From assembly GCA_001661245.1 (NCBI GenBank), contig KV454011.1:523498-587497 (forward strand): 64,000 nucleotides of DNA, in the 5' to 3' direction. Below, one piece after another: positions 34,388 through 45,677 of the stretch. This DNA is from Pachysolen tannophilus NRRL Y-2460. Its lineage: Eukaryota. Position 1 is the first letter of the stretch; every line of letters begins with the position of its first letter. The notes below the pieces were generated by a model. The model saw only the letters and a list, made by a program, of their open reading frames with translations, was not told the origin of the DNA and did no database searches. The position numbers were made by a program, and so were the translations under genes.

Positions 34388-34840
34388 ATGTCTGTGAAGG
34401 AGGCGGCAAAGAATTTGGTGAAGTTATTGGAGAAGATTCCAGGTGATCGGGTTCCTCATTATTCTTCGTTTAAGGAGACTCAACTTCAAAGGTTTAGGAT
34501 TATTGCTGGATTAAGTTCTAAAACAGTTCCTGAGAAGAAGAAATCACTTATTGATGATTTGATCGGGAATAAAGTTTTCAAAGATGGGAAGAAGAATGAT
34601 GGTGAAGCTCAGATAAAGGCTGAACTGTATACGGAAAAAGTGCTTAACCAACAATCAAAGGCGGTTAACAATTTATTAAATAACAAATATTTAACATTAT
34701 ATAAGATTGATAAGAAATTGTTGGAACCAAAGAGTAATCCAAATTATTATAAGAGATTATTGAAAGATTTGGATAAAGGTGGTAAGGAGAAAGAAAGTTT
34801 CATAGATGCTCTTAAAACTGTTTTAACTGGTAAATATTAG
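34388..34840 (+). CDS. CBP6: Cytochrome b translation/assembly factor
   Basis: SVKEAAKNLVKLLE..P.DR....SFK..QL.RF and LL.PKSNPNYYKRLL. Confidence 0.85.
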   Translation: MSVKEAAKNLVKLLEKIPGDRVPHYSSFKETQLQRFRIIAGLSSKTVPEKKKSLIDDLIGNKVFKDGKKNDGEAQIKAELYTEKVLNQQSKAVNNLLNNKYLTLYKIDKKLLEPKSNPNYYKRLLKDLDKGGKEKESFIDALKTVLTGKY

Positions 34841-34902
34841 GGGTATTAAATTATACAATTATACAATTATACGAGTACACAAGTACAAACTTATATATAG
34901 GA

Positions 34903-35619
34903 TTATTTTTTGGCAAAGGTAATAAATGCAAACTTTTCATCATTGGTATTGGAAGTATCGTTAAAGATGAATTCTTTAACTTGACCATTTTCAAAAAAAT
35001 TCAAGCACTGAGAACTATTCTGTTCATTATCAAACTCTATGAATCCAATCAAATTCTTACCTTTAATTAATCTTAAATTTATAAAACCTTGGAATTTGTT
35101 GAAAAAATTATTTAAGTCTTGTTCCTTAGTAGAAGGTGATAATTGTTGTAATAATAATATTCTATTTGGTATATCTGATTTAATTAATTTTGTTCTTTTA
35201 TGACTAATGTTTTTATCATCCTCATTTGAAGCTTCTACTTCTTGATGTTTCCTCTTTTTAATTAAACTCTCCTTAGCTTTCCTTCTATTCAGTAAATATT
35301 CTTTAAAATTATCTTCTTTATCTTTAAATAATACTTCTTTATAATAATCATCGCTATTTGTCTTTGCAAATGATATTTTAATGTTACTATCCAATATTTT
35401 ATAATTTTGTAAACTAGTTAAGATAGAATTGATCTCATTTATACCATTATTCAACGTTATAAAAGCTTGACCTTTCATTCTTAAGTTTTTCTTTGCTATA
35501 ATTGATACTATATTAGCACCTTTACTTTTGAAAATTTCATACAACTCTTTCTTTGTGGTATTTATTGAAGGTTTCTCATTCAAATGTTGAATATATAAAG
35601 TCCGTATCTCACTGGTCAT
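34903..35619 (-). CDS. MUD1: U1A/U2B''-family two-RRM snRNP protein
   Basis: TLYI.HLNEK, MKGQAFI, PNRILLLQQL, GFIEF; tail-to-tail with CBP6 like YBR119W/YBR120C. MSL1 is not excluded. Confidence 0.7.
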   Translation of the reverse strand: MTSEIRTLYIQHLNEKPSINTTKKELYEIFKSKGANIVSIIAKKNLRMKGQAFITLNNGINEINSILTSLQNYKILDSNIKISFAKTNSDDYYKEVLFKDKEDNFKEYLLNRRKAKESLIKKRKHQEVEASNEDDKNISHKRTKLIKSDIPNRILLLQQLSPSTKEQDLNNFFNKFQGFINLRLIKGKNLIGFIEFDNEQNSSQCLNFFENGQVKEFIFNDTSNTNDEKFAFITFAKK

Positions 35620-35841
35620 AGCTATTATCAGTCTCTATATCAAATTGAAAGAATGGATTCGTTTCTAATTCTATTTTATACAAGTAATAAAACAATTTAA
35701 ATAATTTCTTCAAAAAAAAAAGTAACAAGATTTTTTTGCTTTTATATATATATATATAACAAAAATAAACGGTATTAATATTAAGAAAAAACCCATTCAA
35801 AAGAGTTGGAAATACATTGTTATTACAATTGACAGCTAAAA

Positions 35842-36541
35842 ATGAGGATTAGAAAACCAGTCTTGGGTAGTAAGTAGAATTGCAATGTGAACTCTTATGT
35901 TTTGTTAAGAATTTTTTTGGCATATACTAATAACGAGTTGTTGGTTTATCGTTTGTTCAGTCTTCATAATATTTATAATAATTTCAATAATTTTAGGTTT
36001 TTCAAATATTGAATTATCCAGTTATGATAAGGCTCTTCATTTTGTTGTTTTCATGGTTCTCACCCTGTTATTCTATTTCTTGGTGGATGTTCGGGACTTG
36101 AAGAAATTAAAAATTTTAACATTTGTAATTTGTACAGTGATAGCCAGTACAACTAGTGAATTTTTACAAGATTTTCTCACTGGATCTAGAAGAAAGTTTG
36201 ACCCCATGGATATTCTTGCGAATATGATAGGTTCAGCAGTGGGTTTAATTGTTGCTGATTTATATAACAAGAAATTGATTAGAAGTAGGAAATTGAGCAG
36301 GAGACTGAGAAGAAGAAATAATAATAATGGTCTGACCGATGATTACGATATTGAACTGCAACCCGCAGAACGAGATTACGATGAAGATGGAGATGAAGAA
36401 ATGTTAATACAAGAGCAGCTCAGTGCCCAGGTGACAAATCATAGTAATGATAGTAACGATAGTAAAAAACAGGAAAATCCAAAATCAAAATCAGATTTAA
36501 TCATACTAAAAAATTTACCACCAGAACCAATAAAAGATTAA
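35842..36541 (+). CDS. VanZ-like membrane protein, 202 aa; exons 35842-35869 and 35961-36541
   Basis: Splicing gives MRIRKPVLGIF...DKALHFVVF...SEFLQ...R.FDPMDILANMIGS (VanZ signature). Confidence 0.85.
35870..35960 (+). other. Spliceosomal intron (91 nt)
   Basis: GTAAGT donor, TACTAAT at 35925-35931, CAG acceptor; reading frame restored. Confidence 0.85.
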
Positions 36542-36678
36542 TCATGATTGATGTTTATGTATTTAATGTGCAATCTATATATTTGCTTTAATAATTTCTT
36601 TGTTCTTTATTCTTTTTTTTTTTTTCAACTATCTATTTACAAGGAAACAAAAACCACCGTTTTAATTTAATTTTTAAT

Positions 36679-38925
36679 TTATAATATAACTTCATTCAAC
36701 TTATCTGGTAACTCAACATCTTTTTCTTTTAATTGCTTTAATATTTTTGGAATACCGTCACCAAGTTTGAAATCTTTATCAGTTGTTAAACAAGAACTCA
36801 AGTCTTCTAATATAGCCATTAATAATGGTTTATTTCTAATGGTACGACCCTGATTAAAATATTTTAACAAAAAATAAAAAGTATAAAAATTTACCTTACT
36901 ATTCTTGTCATTTTTCAACAATTCGTAATATTTGATAGCTTTATTAATATAATCAGATTTCACGCATCCATCGATGATATTATTAAAGAATGAAGTGGAA
37001 ATTTTAAATCCAGATTTGATACTTTTTTTGAAAAATTCTTCTGCTATCGTTATGTCACCAGATTTTGATTCTGCATTAATGATTGTGGTGTAAGTCTTGA
37101 GACTCATTGGAACTTTGTTTTCAACCATATAATGGGTCAACAACCTGGCTATTTCAAATTCTTGGAATTTGTATAATCCATCAATAATAGTAGTCAAATT
37201 ATAAGTAGTATTGAATTCAATGTTATTCTGTTTCATATCTTGAATGATATTAGATAATGTGGTCTTGATATCAAATTTCTCATTTCTTTCAACTGAATAT
37301 TTAAACATCAAGTTAATCAATATCGTATAAGTTGCAATATCTGGCTTCAAATCATATTTATCTTGCATGATATTAATCAATTCTTCACATTTGTCAAATT
37401 TCTTTAGGCCACAATATTTTGTAAGAAAAGAGTTAAATACCTTAATATCTGGTTTAAAATCAGAATCTTTTTCTCCGACAAAGCTTTGGAAAATTTTCTC
37501 TGATTCCAGTAATTTATCTTTAAATAATAATTCCAAAATATAAGCAATCTTAATATCGTTATTTATCTTTAAACCATTAAATGAACCTTTTGGAGAACTC
37601 AATTCTTGAATTAATTTAAAAGATTTTTCAAATTCATCATTTGCAATATAACCACAAATTAAATACTTGATTGTATCTTGATTAATACCTACATTTTCCA
37701 AGATGTAATTAAAAGTTTTTTCAATTTTTAATAAATTTTCATCTTTTTGTTCTTTTGTAAAATTTTTTTTAACTTTACTAAAACTGTATAATAACTCATT
37801 CCAAGAAGATATTGATGGAGTTATATTTCTTTGTATCATTTCATTCCAAACGACTTGGGCTTTTGCAGGATTAGAAACTAAAGAATAAGCATGCATTAAT
37901 TTTTGGAAAGATTCTTCGGTGACTGGAATTTCTTTAAGTTTAGAAATTTTTAAAATATTTCTATAGTTATTATCAATTATAGAAATCTTATATTGTTGAG
38001 CAGCTTTTAAATTTTCAATCAGAAAAGTTTCAGAATTAGGATCCATAGCTTCAAGTTCACATGTTCTAATAAAATTTTGAAAAAATTTTTCAAATTCCTT
38101 AATATTATCAATAGAAGATGAACGAAGTCTTGACATGTATAAATTTAAAGCTCTATAACTTGGTGTGTAATTTGAATCTTGAATCAAAGAATGATAAAAT
38201 TCTAAACTTGGTTGTTGCTTATTTAAGAAACATGAATAAAGATAACTCAAATAAACAATACTTAATTCAGCTTTTTCATAAATTGGATTCCGAACTGCTA
38301 TGAATGCATTTTTCAAATCATCTGGCAAGCTTTTAGAATATTCAATAAATTCAATCCATAAACTCAAAGAATCATTCGGTTTCCCATCTTTCAAGTAATC
38401 AAACATAACTCTATTGAATTGTGAAACATTCAGTAACTGATAATTGATCAAAATTGACAAAACTTTATAATTCAAAGTAGCAGTACTTAAACCTTCAGCA
38501 CCAGTGTTCAACTTCTCCAACTTATCCATTAACAGATTACTCTTATAAATCAATAATCCGGTAGCCATACTAGTACTAATCCTTTTATATTTCTGTTCTT
38601 TTTCCAAAAAATTCTGGAACCGATTAATCAATGTATCGACATCTTTTATACCTTCATCTTGAATAATCTTATCCAACAGCTGACCAAAATTTAACCTTCT
38701 TGGACGTTGATGTTGTGTCTCTGTTACCGCATCTGTCGTGTCTGCTACTGACTCTGTTGCCACAGATTGCTCACTATCAACAGCAGCAGTTGAATTAAAA
38801 CGCATCATCAACAAAGTATACTTGAACGCAACAGTCTTAGTGCTATTGCTTGGCAATAAACACCTCAAAGTTTGTGGACATGCCGCCCTATTAATACGAG
38901 CTATACTACTTCTTAACTGAATCAT
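36679..38925 (-). CDS. RMD9: Mitochondrial pentatricopeptide-repeat protein, Rmd9-like
   Basis: Presequence-like N-terminus; PPR motifs (ITPSISSWNELL, KPDIKVFNSFL, KPDIATYTILI). Confidence 0.65.
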   Translation of the reverse strand: MIQLRSSIARINRAACPQTLRCLLPSNSTKTVAFKYTLLMMRFNSTAAVDSEQSVATESVADTTDAVTETQHQRPRRLNFGQLLDKIIQDEGIKDVDTLINRFQNFLEKEQKYKRISTSMATGLLIYKSNLLMDKLEKLNTGAEGLSTATLNYKVLSILINYQLLNVSQFNRVMFDYLKDGKPNDSLSLWIEFIEYSKSLPDDLKNAFIAVRNPIYEKAELSIVYLSYLYSCFLNKQQPSLEFYHSLIQDSNYTPSYRALNLYMSRLRSSSIDNIKEFEKFFQNFIRTCELEAMDPNSETFLIENLKAAQQYKISIIDNNYRNILKISKLKEIPVTEESFQKLMHAYSLVSNPAKAQVVWNEMIQRNITPSISSWNELLYSFSKVKKNFTKEQKDENLLKIEKTFNYILENVGINQDTIKYLICGYIANDEFEKSFKLIQELSSPKGSFNGLKINNDIKIAYILELLFKDKLLESEKIFQSFVGEKDSDFKPDIKVFNSFLTKYCGLKKFDKCEELINIMQDKYDLKPDIATYTILINLMFKYSVERNEKFDIKTTLSNIIQDMKQNNIEFNTTYNLTTIIDGLYKFQEFEIARLLTHYMVENKVPMSLKTYTTIINAESKSGDITIAEEFFKKSIKSGFKISTSFFNNIIDGCVKSDYINKAIKYYELLKNDKNSKVNFYTFYFLLKYFNQGRTIRNKPLLMAILEDLSSCLTTDKDFKLGDGIPKILKQLKEKDVELPDKLNEVIL

Positions 38926-39373
38926 CTTCCTACTACTGGAAATCAAACTCCAACTGAATATTATTCAACTGGATAGATATTACTTTATGGTGGTCTCTTG
39001 ATCAAAGCTGTTCAGCTGTTCAGCTGTTCAACGAGCAAAGAGAAAAAACTTTACGGTTGAAAAATACACGACTCCATAGAAAAGCTCGATTCAATCAACA
39101 TTTTTACCATTGAATTAATTGAAGAAATGGATGGATAGATATAGGTTTACTCATGCTACAATCACGGGCTTGCTTAAGTAATAGTCATTGTCTATAATTA
39201 AGAGTTCAAAAGAAAAAAAAGAAAGTGTATACTATATTAAACTGTCATAACGGATCCACTTTTTAAAACCTAAATTCTGTATAAATCGTTAGTTTATTTA
39301 TTGTTCACCAAGTGATTAATTAGTTTCTACTTTTTTTTCAAACCAGGAAAGGGGGCCCCAAGAAATAGTAAGC

Positions 39374-39408
<35 letters not shown>

Positions 39409-39812
39409 AATCAGAGCGTTTGTCATTTTTTCTTCTCATGAACAGATTAGTCGAAGAGCTGGGTTTATAAATATAAATAGAATCCTTCAAGGATTCATTA
39501 TCATCATGATATAATTTGCAAAATAATTTGGGACTTGTTCCTTCAACTGGTTGAAACTTTTAAAATTAAATATTAACGTACCTTAACCTTAATACTTGTT
39601 TAAATAATTCAGTGTTGTTATGAATAAATAAATCTAATAGAAATATAATTTTGAACATCTTTTGTATAAATTTTTCATCAACAGGAAAAAAAGAAAATTT
39701 TTACCCGGTTTTACACCAATTGACCTTTAACCACGAGTGTTTAAATACTACTATATTCAAGCAGTTGAGTTAGAATATATATCTATATATATCTATATAT
39801 ATATATATATAT

Positions 39813-40721
39813 TCAAAGAATGAAAAAAATGAGTAATTGTGCTATAAAACAGTATCCAAACATGAATATCTCTTTTGATCTGTTTTTAATACCAATTCCT
39901 GCTGAAGTATTGAAAACAATTGATCTCATTGACCTTATTAAGAAAAACCCATAACTAATTAATAAGTAAATAAAACTTAAATAAAATATAAATCTACCTC
40001 CCAAGATTTCTTTAATCAATACTAATACACTGATTGGTACAAATTTATAACCGGTATAGCTTAAAATATCAAAATATTTATAATCTTGTACGTTAAATAC
40101 GAAAAATCCAAACCATAGGATAACAACATCCAAGATATAAATCGCTATATCTTTTGAGAAAAGTAAAGATAAAATTTGTGGATCAAATTCTCCTTCAACA
40201 CCAATTACAATTGAACGTATCAATATAAAAGTAATGAATCCCATCAATGGTATATATAAATCTGGTGCATTTATATCTTCAATTGGTGATGAATAAACTT
40301 GTTTATTCTCACTTGTGGTCATTGGAAGTCTTGCCCATTGTTTATTTCTAAATGGGAAAAGTAAAAGCATCAATTTCTTGAAAACATAAGAATTATTTAT
40401 CTGGAAATATTTTTTAATATCCTCTTTTGGTATATAGTTTGATACATTTTGTTGAGCATAATTAAAAGCTCCATGAGTAAATTGAAACCCTAAATTGGCA
40501 TTTGTCTGATTGAAAAAATTTGAAAAATTTTGATCAAGCGTCTGTTGCTGTTGAGGTGGATGTGGGGATGTCGCCAGATATTGCAGCTGAGGTTGGGGAA
40601 TTGGATTTACAAACTGTTGTTGTTGTTGTTGCTGTTGTTGTTGCTGTGCAATATTCAGACGTTGTTGTTGTGGTCGATGAGTACTCGAATCAGGTGATAT
40701 ATTTGAATACGGATTATACAT
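39813..40721 (-). CDS. YIF1: ER-Golgi integral membrane protein
   Basis: KYFQINNSYVFKKL.LLLFPF, EDINAPDLYIPLM, YTGYKFV; five TM segments; ATG at 40721. Confidence 0.93.
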   Translation of the reverse strand: MYNPYSNISPDSSTHRPQQQRLNIAQQQQQQQQQQQFVNPIPQPQLQYLATSPHPPQQQQTLDQNFSNFFNQTNANLGFQFTHGAFNYAQQNVSNYIPKEDIKKYFQINNSYVFKKLMLLLFPFRNKQWARLPMTTSENKQVYSSPIEDINAPDLYIPLMGFITFILIRSIVIGVEGEFDPQILSLLFSKDIAIYILDVVILWFGFFVFNVQDYKYFDILSYTGYKFVPISVLVLIKEILGGRFIFYLSFIYLLISYGFFLIRSMRSIVFNTSAGIGIKNRSKEIFMFGYCFIAQLLIFFIL

Positions 40722-41100
40722 GCCAAGTCCAATACTTCTTTTCTTCAATTGCTTATTGCTGATTTATCCGAGATAATCCTATTAATCTATTTGTTTTCTT
40801 TTTTTTTGAATTGTTTATTTAGTTATTATTATGTATTCAAGATAAAATTTTTAAAATGTACGTATCAAATACCAAAAAAAATAAAAAAATAAAAAAAAAA
40901 AATATAAAATTTTGGCGGAAATTAGGCGGCCAAAAAAAACAATAATGTCCGCCAAAAAAGGCAGGCTTCGTGGGAGGAAGGGTGTTCCTGCCCAGTGGAA
41001 TCTACTTTACAGAATTGTATAACCAATCCAAACAAATAGTTAATTATATATATATATATATATATATGAGTGAGCTAAACTACTATATAACACACGTAGC

Positions 41101-42380
41101 TCACAAGGGCTCATCTTCTAATATTTTGAAATAATCTTCGTTGATTTTTTTAATTAACACTGTACCTTTTTCGAAATGATTGTCTTTCCAATCTCTAATA
41201 TCATCCGCTGAGTAAGGGCCGTAAACTTCATCATGACCTATATACTTGAATTCGTATTTTATATCTTTTGAACCAGATTGTGTTTCTTCATCATTTTTTT
41301 GTTCATATAAATTGTCTAATTTTCTCTTAACTCCTCTAGTACCGCTCTCGCCGTTACTTATTGGTTTATAATCTTCTCCAGATTCTTCTTTATACTTTCG
41401 GATCAATTCTTCCCTTGTTAGGTCATAGATATTAGTTACTCCTTTGTCAATTAACTTATTGCATAATAGCGTTATTTCTTCAATTTTCAGTTTCCTTTGC
41501 TGTACCACTTCTTTATCATCTTCTAAGATTTTATTCTTTTTTTGGTTTTTGTTCTTCCATTTGCTATGTTTTGTATTCAACAGTTGTAATGACTCCAAAG
41601 GTGTCTCTACAGGTTTTAGCAACTCTATAAGTCCACCTATCAACTGCTCAATTGGTTTAAAAGCTTCATTTTGACTCAGAGCCAACATTTTCAGTCTCAG
41701 TTTATCTTGTGATTTTTTGGCTTTTATAATATCTGATTTCTTCAAATCCAGTAACCAAGAATCTTTATTCAGTTCTTTTTCCTCTTCCTCATCATCATTT
41801 CTTATATAGTTCCCATCTATATCAAACTGCCCAGTCTCATTCTCTTCTTTTAAATTAAACAGATCAAGTTTTGGTTCATATTTTTTTTTTTAGAAAAATC
41901 CAAATTTTCCTTTTCCGGATTGTTATAATACTCATAATACAGTTCCTGTTTGTCTGCTTCTTCATCGCTACCACCTTCAGCATCTTCAATATCTTCTACA
42001 TCATCATGTTGAGAACCATTATCACTCAATCCCATCTCCTGATTAAATTCATCAACGTTTAAAAACTCAACTTGTTTTTTAACCTTTTTTTTATTAGTTT
42101 CTTCAACTTCTTTTCCCTCATCCACATCTGAAACAAACATATCCTCATCACTTCCATTTTTATCAATTTCTTCATCTTTCTCTTTCATATCTTTATAATC
42201 CTCATCAGAAGAATCGGAATCATAATTTAATTTTATTCTTCTCTTTACATTTTTAGCTTTCTTAACTGAACCTTCAATGTCCTGTTCAAGTAACTCATCT
42301 TCAAGACTTTTCGAATTTCCCTGAGACTCCTTATTACTCTCCACTTTCAAAGTAAGTGGATTATGAAAGTTGAATGACAT
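41101..42380 (-). CDS. LIN1: U5 snRNP 52K/CD2BP2 GYF-domain protein (about 426 aa), split by one frameshift at 41881-41891
   Basis: YDSDSSDE, DMF, KLD[CTG]FNLKEE..TGQFD.DGNY, DSWL, ETPLE, and C-terminal GYF-like VYGPYS...W...HF. A11 to A12 joins the two ORFs. Confidence 0.88.
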
Positions 42381-42736
42381 CTTTCACCACCCATCACTAA
42401 ACGGTACATATAGAAATAAAACAAAAAACTGAGACAAACACTAAAGATATATACACACACAGTTGATATATGAATAAAGTCTTTGTTTGCATTTACACAG
42501 TAATTATCTATCTTCTCCGCTACGGAGAATAGTTTTACAATTTTTTTAATATTCTCCAAACACCAATAAATTCTCCTACTTGGAGAATGGAGAAGTTTGT
42601 GTTTCGTTTTTCTTTTTTTTTTTTTTTTTTTGGCTCTTTTCAAGTTTTAACGTCTTTTCTAACGTCTTTTTTATATACAGAAAGATAGATAATAGTTTGT
42701 GGTATTAAAGAGTTATTGGTATTAAAGAATTTTGCC

Positions 42737-43228
42737 ATGGACTTTGATCTAGATGATGTTTTAGATTTGGAAAGTGATTTTTATGAAGAAGGCTATAATC
42801 AAGGTTTGAATGAAACAACTAAACAAGAATATACCGATGGTAAAGAATATGGGATCCAAATATCTTTTCAACGGTTTTTAGTTATGGGGTATTATAGATC
42901 TGTAATAGAACATTGGAAAACAATACTTTTAGCCAAGACTACAGAAAATGATAGAAAAGCTAGTACACTTTTAAATACTTTAAATAAATTACTGTATCTT
43001 GTGGATAACCTTAGTTTTGAGAATACTGAAGAAAATGGATTAATTTATGATTCAACTTTGAAGAAAATAAAATATAAATTGAGAATAATAAATACTCAGT
43101 TAATAAATATGAAAATTGGTATTAATGATAATTTGCGAAACGCTGGAACGTTATTGACCGATATTGGTGGGCGGTTGGAAATAGATAATGGATCAAGTAG
43201 TACTGATGTTGATAACGGTATGTGGTAA
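42737..43228 (+). CDS. LTO1: Yae1_N-domain Fe-S maturation adaptor
   Basis: DDVLDLE..FYEEGY..G...GKEYGIQ..FQRF and C-terminal W. Confidence 0.85.
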   Translation: MDFDLDDVLDLESDFYEEGYNQGLNETTKQEYTDGKEYGIQISFQRFLVMGYYRSVIEHWKTILLAKTTENDRKASTLLNTLNKLLYLVDNLSFENTEENGLIYDSTLKKIKYKLRIINTQLINMKIGINDNLRNAGTLLTDIGGRLEIDNGSSSTDVDNGMW

Positions 43229-43568
43229 TATAGATAGGATTTAAAAAAAAAACTCCCCGCTTTGTTTCTCTTGTTTTATTTTTTTATTTTGCATGTAATA
43301 ATTTGATAATAAAACGAAATTTTTGTAATGATAATAGTCTATTCTTTGAAAAGTTGTAAGATTGTAAATAACTTCATTGGTATTTTTGAGTTTGTCTTTT
43401 TATTTCTTTCTCTTTCTTTGCTTTATGTATAGATTTACAATTGAGTTTTTTGTAAAAAAATAAAAAATAAAAAAAAAAAGAGTCAGCAGACAAAAGCTAA
43501 TTAAAAAATCAAGTTTTAAAATTGATTCAATAAAAAAATAATAAAAGAGCTTAGTTTATAGTTTGATA

Positions 43569-44282
43569 ATGACTTTAACAGAAAATCAGGGTAGCATCAA
43601 GTTGTTAATATTTTCGTATCGTACAGTTTTCCAATCTAGTAATTCTTCTCTAATTCAAAAATTGTTAGTAGATATTATTAATAAAGGTTATGACAAACCG
43701 AGATATAAGTATAATGTAATCAAGAGTTCAAGGATAAAACATAGTTTGGAACAAGATTTAGGTATAGAAAACCAACTGGAGTTTATGATTTGTTTATGTG
43801 TTCATACAGATAAGCAGTGGATGAATTATAAGAATTCAAAAACTGGTTATAAATTAATTAAACCAGAAGATATTGAAGTTGAGCATATAGATATACTAGA
43901 TTATTTTGAAGTTGAAGAATTAAAAGATAGAGTAATAGGTTCAATTGCATTAAAACCTTACAAAGATGATAATGATATGTCTCTTTGTATGGAAATTACT
44001 GCGTTGACTTCTTTTTATCCAAAAATGGGGAAATGTTTAATAGAAAAAATTGAGTCATATTATGTTCCATTAGGGAAAATTAACAAATTATATGCTCATG
44101 TTATAGTTAATCATGATTTAGTTCAATTTTATGAAAAATTGGGATTTATTGTGATTGGTACTTCAAATATTGAAGTAGACCCAGTAACTGGTTTACTAGT
44201 CAATGGTGATAAATTAGAAGATGATATTTTAGCAAGTCAAGATTTTCAATTGGCAAAGATGTACAAAGAGTATAGACATTAA
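43569..44282 (+). CDS. Putative GNAT-fold acetyltransferase
   Basis: IINKGY, VIGSIAL, EITALTS...GK.LI..IE, LVQFYEKLGF motif. Confidence 0.7.
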   Translation: MTLTENQGSIKLLIFSYRTVFQSSNSSLIQKLLVDIINKGYDKPRYKYNVIKSSRIKHSLEQDLGIENQLEFMICLCVHTDKQWMNYKNSKTGYKLIKPEDIEVEHIDILDYFEVEELKDRVIGSIALKPYKDDNDMSLCMEITALTSFYPKMGKCLIEKIESYYVPLGKINKLYAHVIVNHDLVQFYEKLGFIVIGTSNIEVDPVTGLLVNGDKLEDDILASQDFQLAKMYKEYRH

Positions 44283-44439
44283 ATAAAAAATAAATATTTA
44301 AATAAATAAACTAACTAATTACGCGGGAATCAAGAAAACATTTTTTTTAAAAAAAAAAAAAATCTTTTAAATCAAACCAAATTGTATTTCGTTTTTCTTT
44401 TTCTTTTTCTTTTGCAAATAGAAATTAATTTTCTTTTTG

Positions 44440-44844
44440 ATGGAACCAATAATTTCTATTTCAGATCTAATTGAATTTCACAAGACTCATATTTCAGAAA
44501 ATGTACCTGAAATAAATTTTGATCAAGAATATAGCAACGAAGATGGTGGAAACAACTTATTAAGTGATGACGAGCAAGAAAGTTTCCCAACTTTCCATGT
44601 GAATGATTTAACAAATGATTTTTATAATTTAGAAAGAAAATCCAAGAATATAAAATTAAATAAAGATCAATTACAATATTTACTTTTTAGAAAAGAGCAT
44701 TTACAAAAATTCAAAATTGAAATGAATAATTTTTATCAACAAAGGAAAATTGAACATAAAGAAGAAAATGAACAAGATTTTAAATTAAATTCTCATAATA
44801 GTAGTGAAGAAATTGAAATTGAATTAGATGAATTAGATTATTAA
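44440..44844 (+). CDS. Hypothetical acidic protein (134 aa)
   Basis: Open frame with coding-like composition between poly-A/T spacers; no family recognised. Confidence 0.5.
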   Translation: MEPIISISDLIEFHKTHISENVPEINFDQEYSNEDGGNNLLSDDEQESFPTFHVNDLTNDFYNLERKSKNIKLNKDQLQYLLFRKEHLQKFKIEMNNFYQQRKIEHKEENEQDFKLNSHNSSEEIEIELDELDY

Positions 44845-45677
44845 ATCTTTTACATAGAAACGGTATTTAATAATAAATGAACTAACTAATTTTACATACA
44901 TCCCAAATCTTATCAATTAGGGTAGGGTTACACATACTGTACAATGTAAATAAAGTCCACTCTCCCTTTTACTATTACCATTGTAAGCTAAGCTAACTCT
45001 ACAATAGTGTCTCAGACATTCATATATATTTATATATATATATGACATACACTAGATAGAATATCAGAACAGTTGGTATTTGACGTCAACTTATCACCAG
45101 AATAGACATTGTTATCTTAACTTTTTACTAAATACGTGCACACATTCTGGGCAGACTGGAAACTCAAAAAGATGCGATTCGTTAGTTAAATTTCCCTCTG
45201 AGCTGCACTTTTTCTATGAAAGTTTCAATTTTGTTAAATTGATTAATTTTATTGGCTTATTTAATCCAATATAGCTCAATTATTAAATTGGTCAACTGAA
45301 ATTTCCAATTTGATCAATTTGAAATGGATATTCTGATGAATATTGTATGAAAAATGGTAACTTCACCTTTGTAATACGGATTTTAGGTGATTAAGTACTT
45401 ATAAATTGTCCTCATTTTAATGACACGCAAGAAACCTTGCTAATAATTTATGTCTCAAAAGAAAAAGGGGAAGGAAGATTAATAAAGAACCTTTTATTAA
45501 AGTCTACTAAAATATTACAATTGTTAATTCTGCAAATAAAACAATGGTTTTCTTTTTAAAATAAAAAAAAAAAATAAAAAAAATAGAGGACAAAAAGTAA
45601 AGTTTTATTCAAAATGAAATAGTATTGATTAAATAAAAAGAAAAAAAAAAAAGTAAGAGATATATCAAATGAACATT

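Noticed and set aside
45060..45440. Coding-like composition between the orphan ORF and CAP1
   Set aside because: The frames I read are interrupted and no motif is recognised, so a pseudogene cannot be supported.
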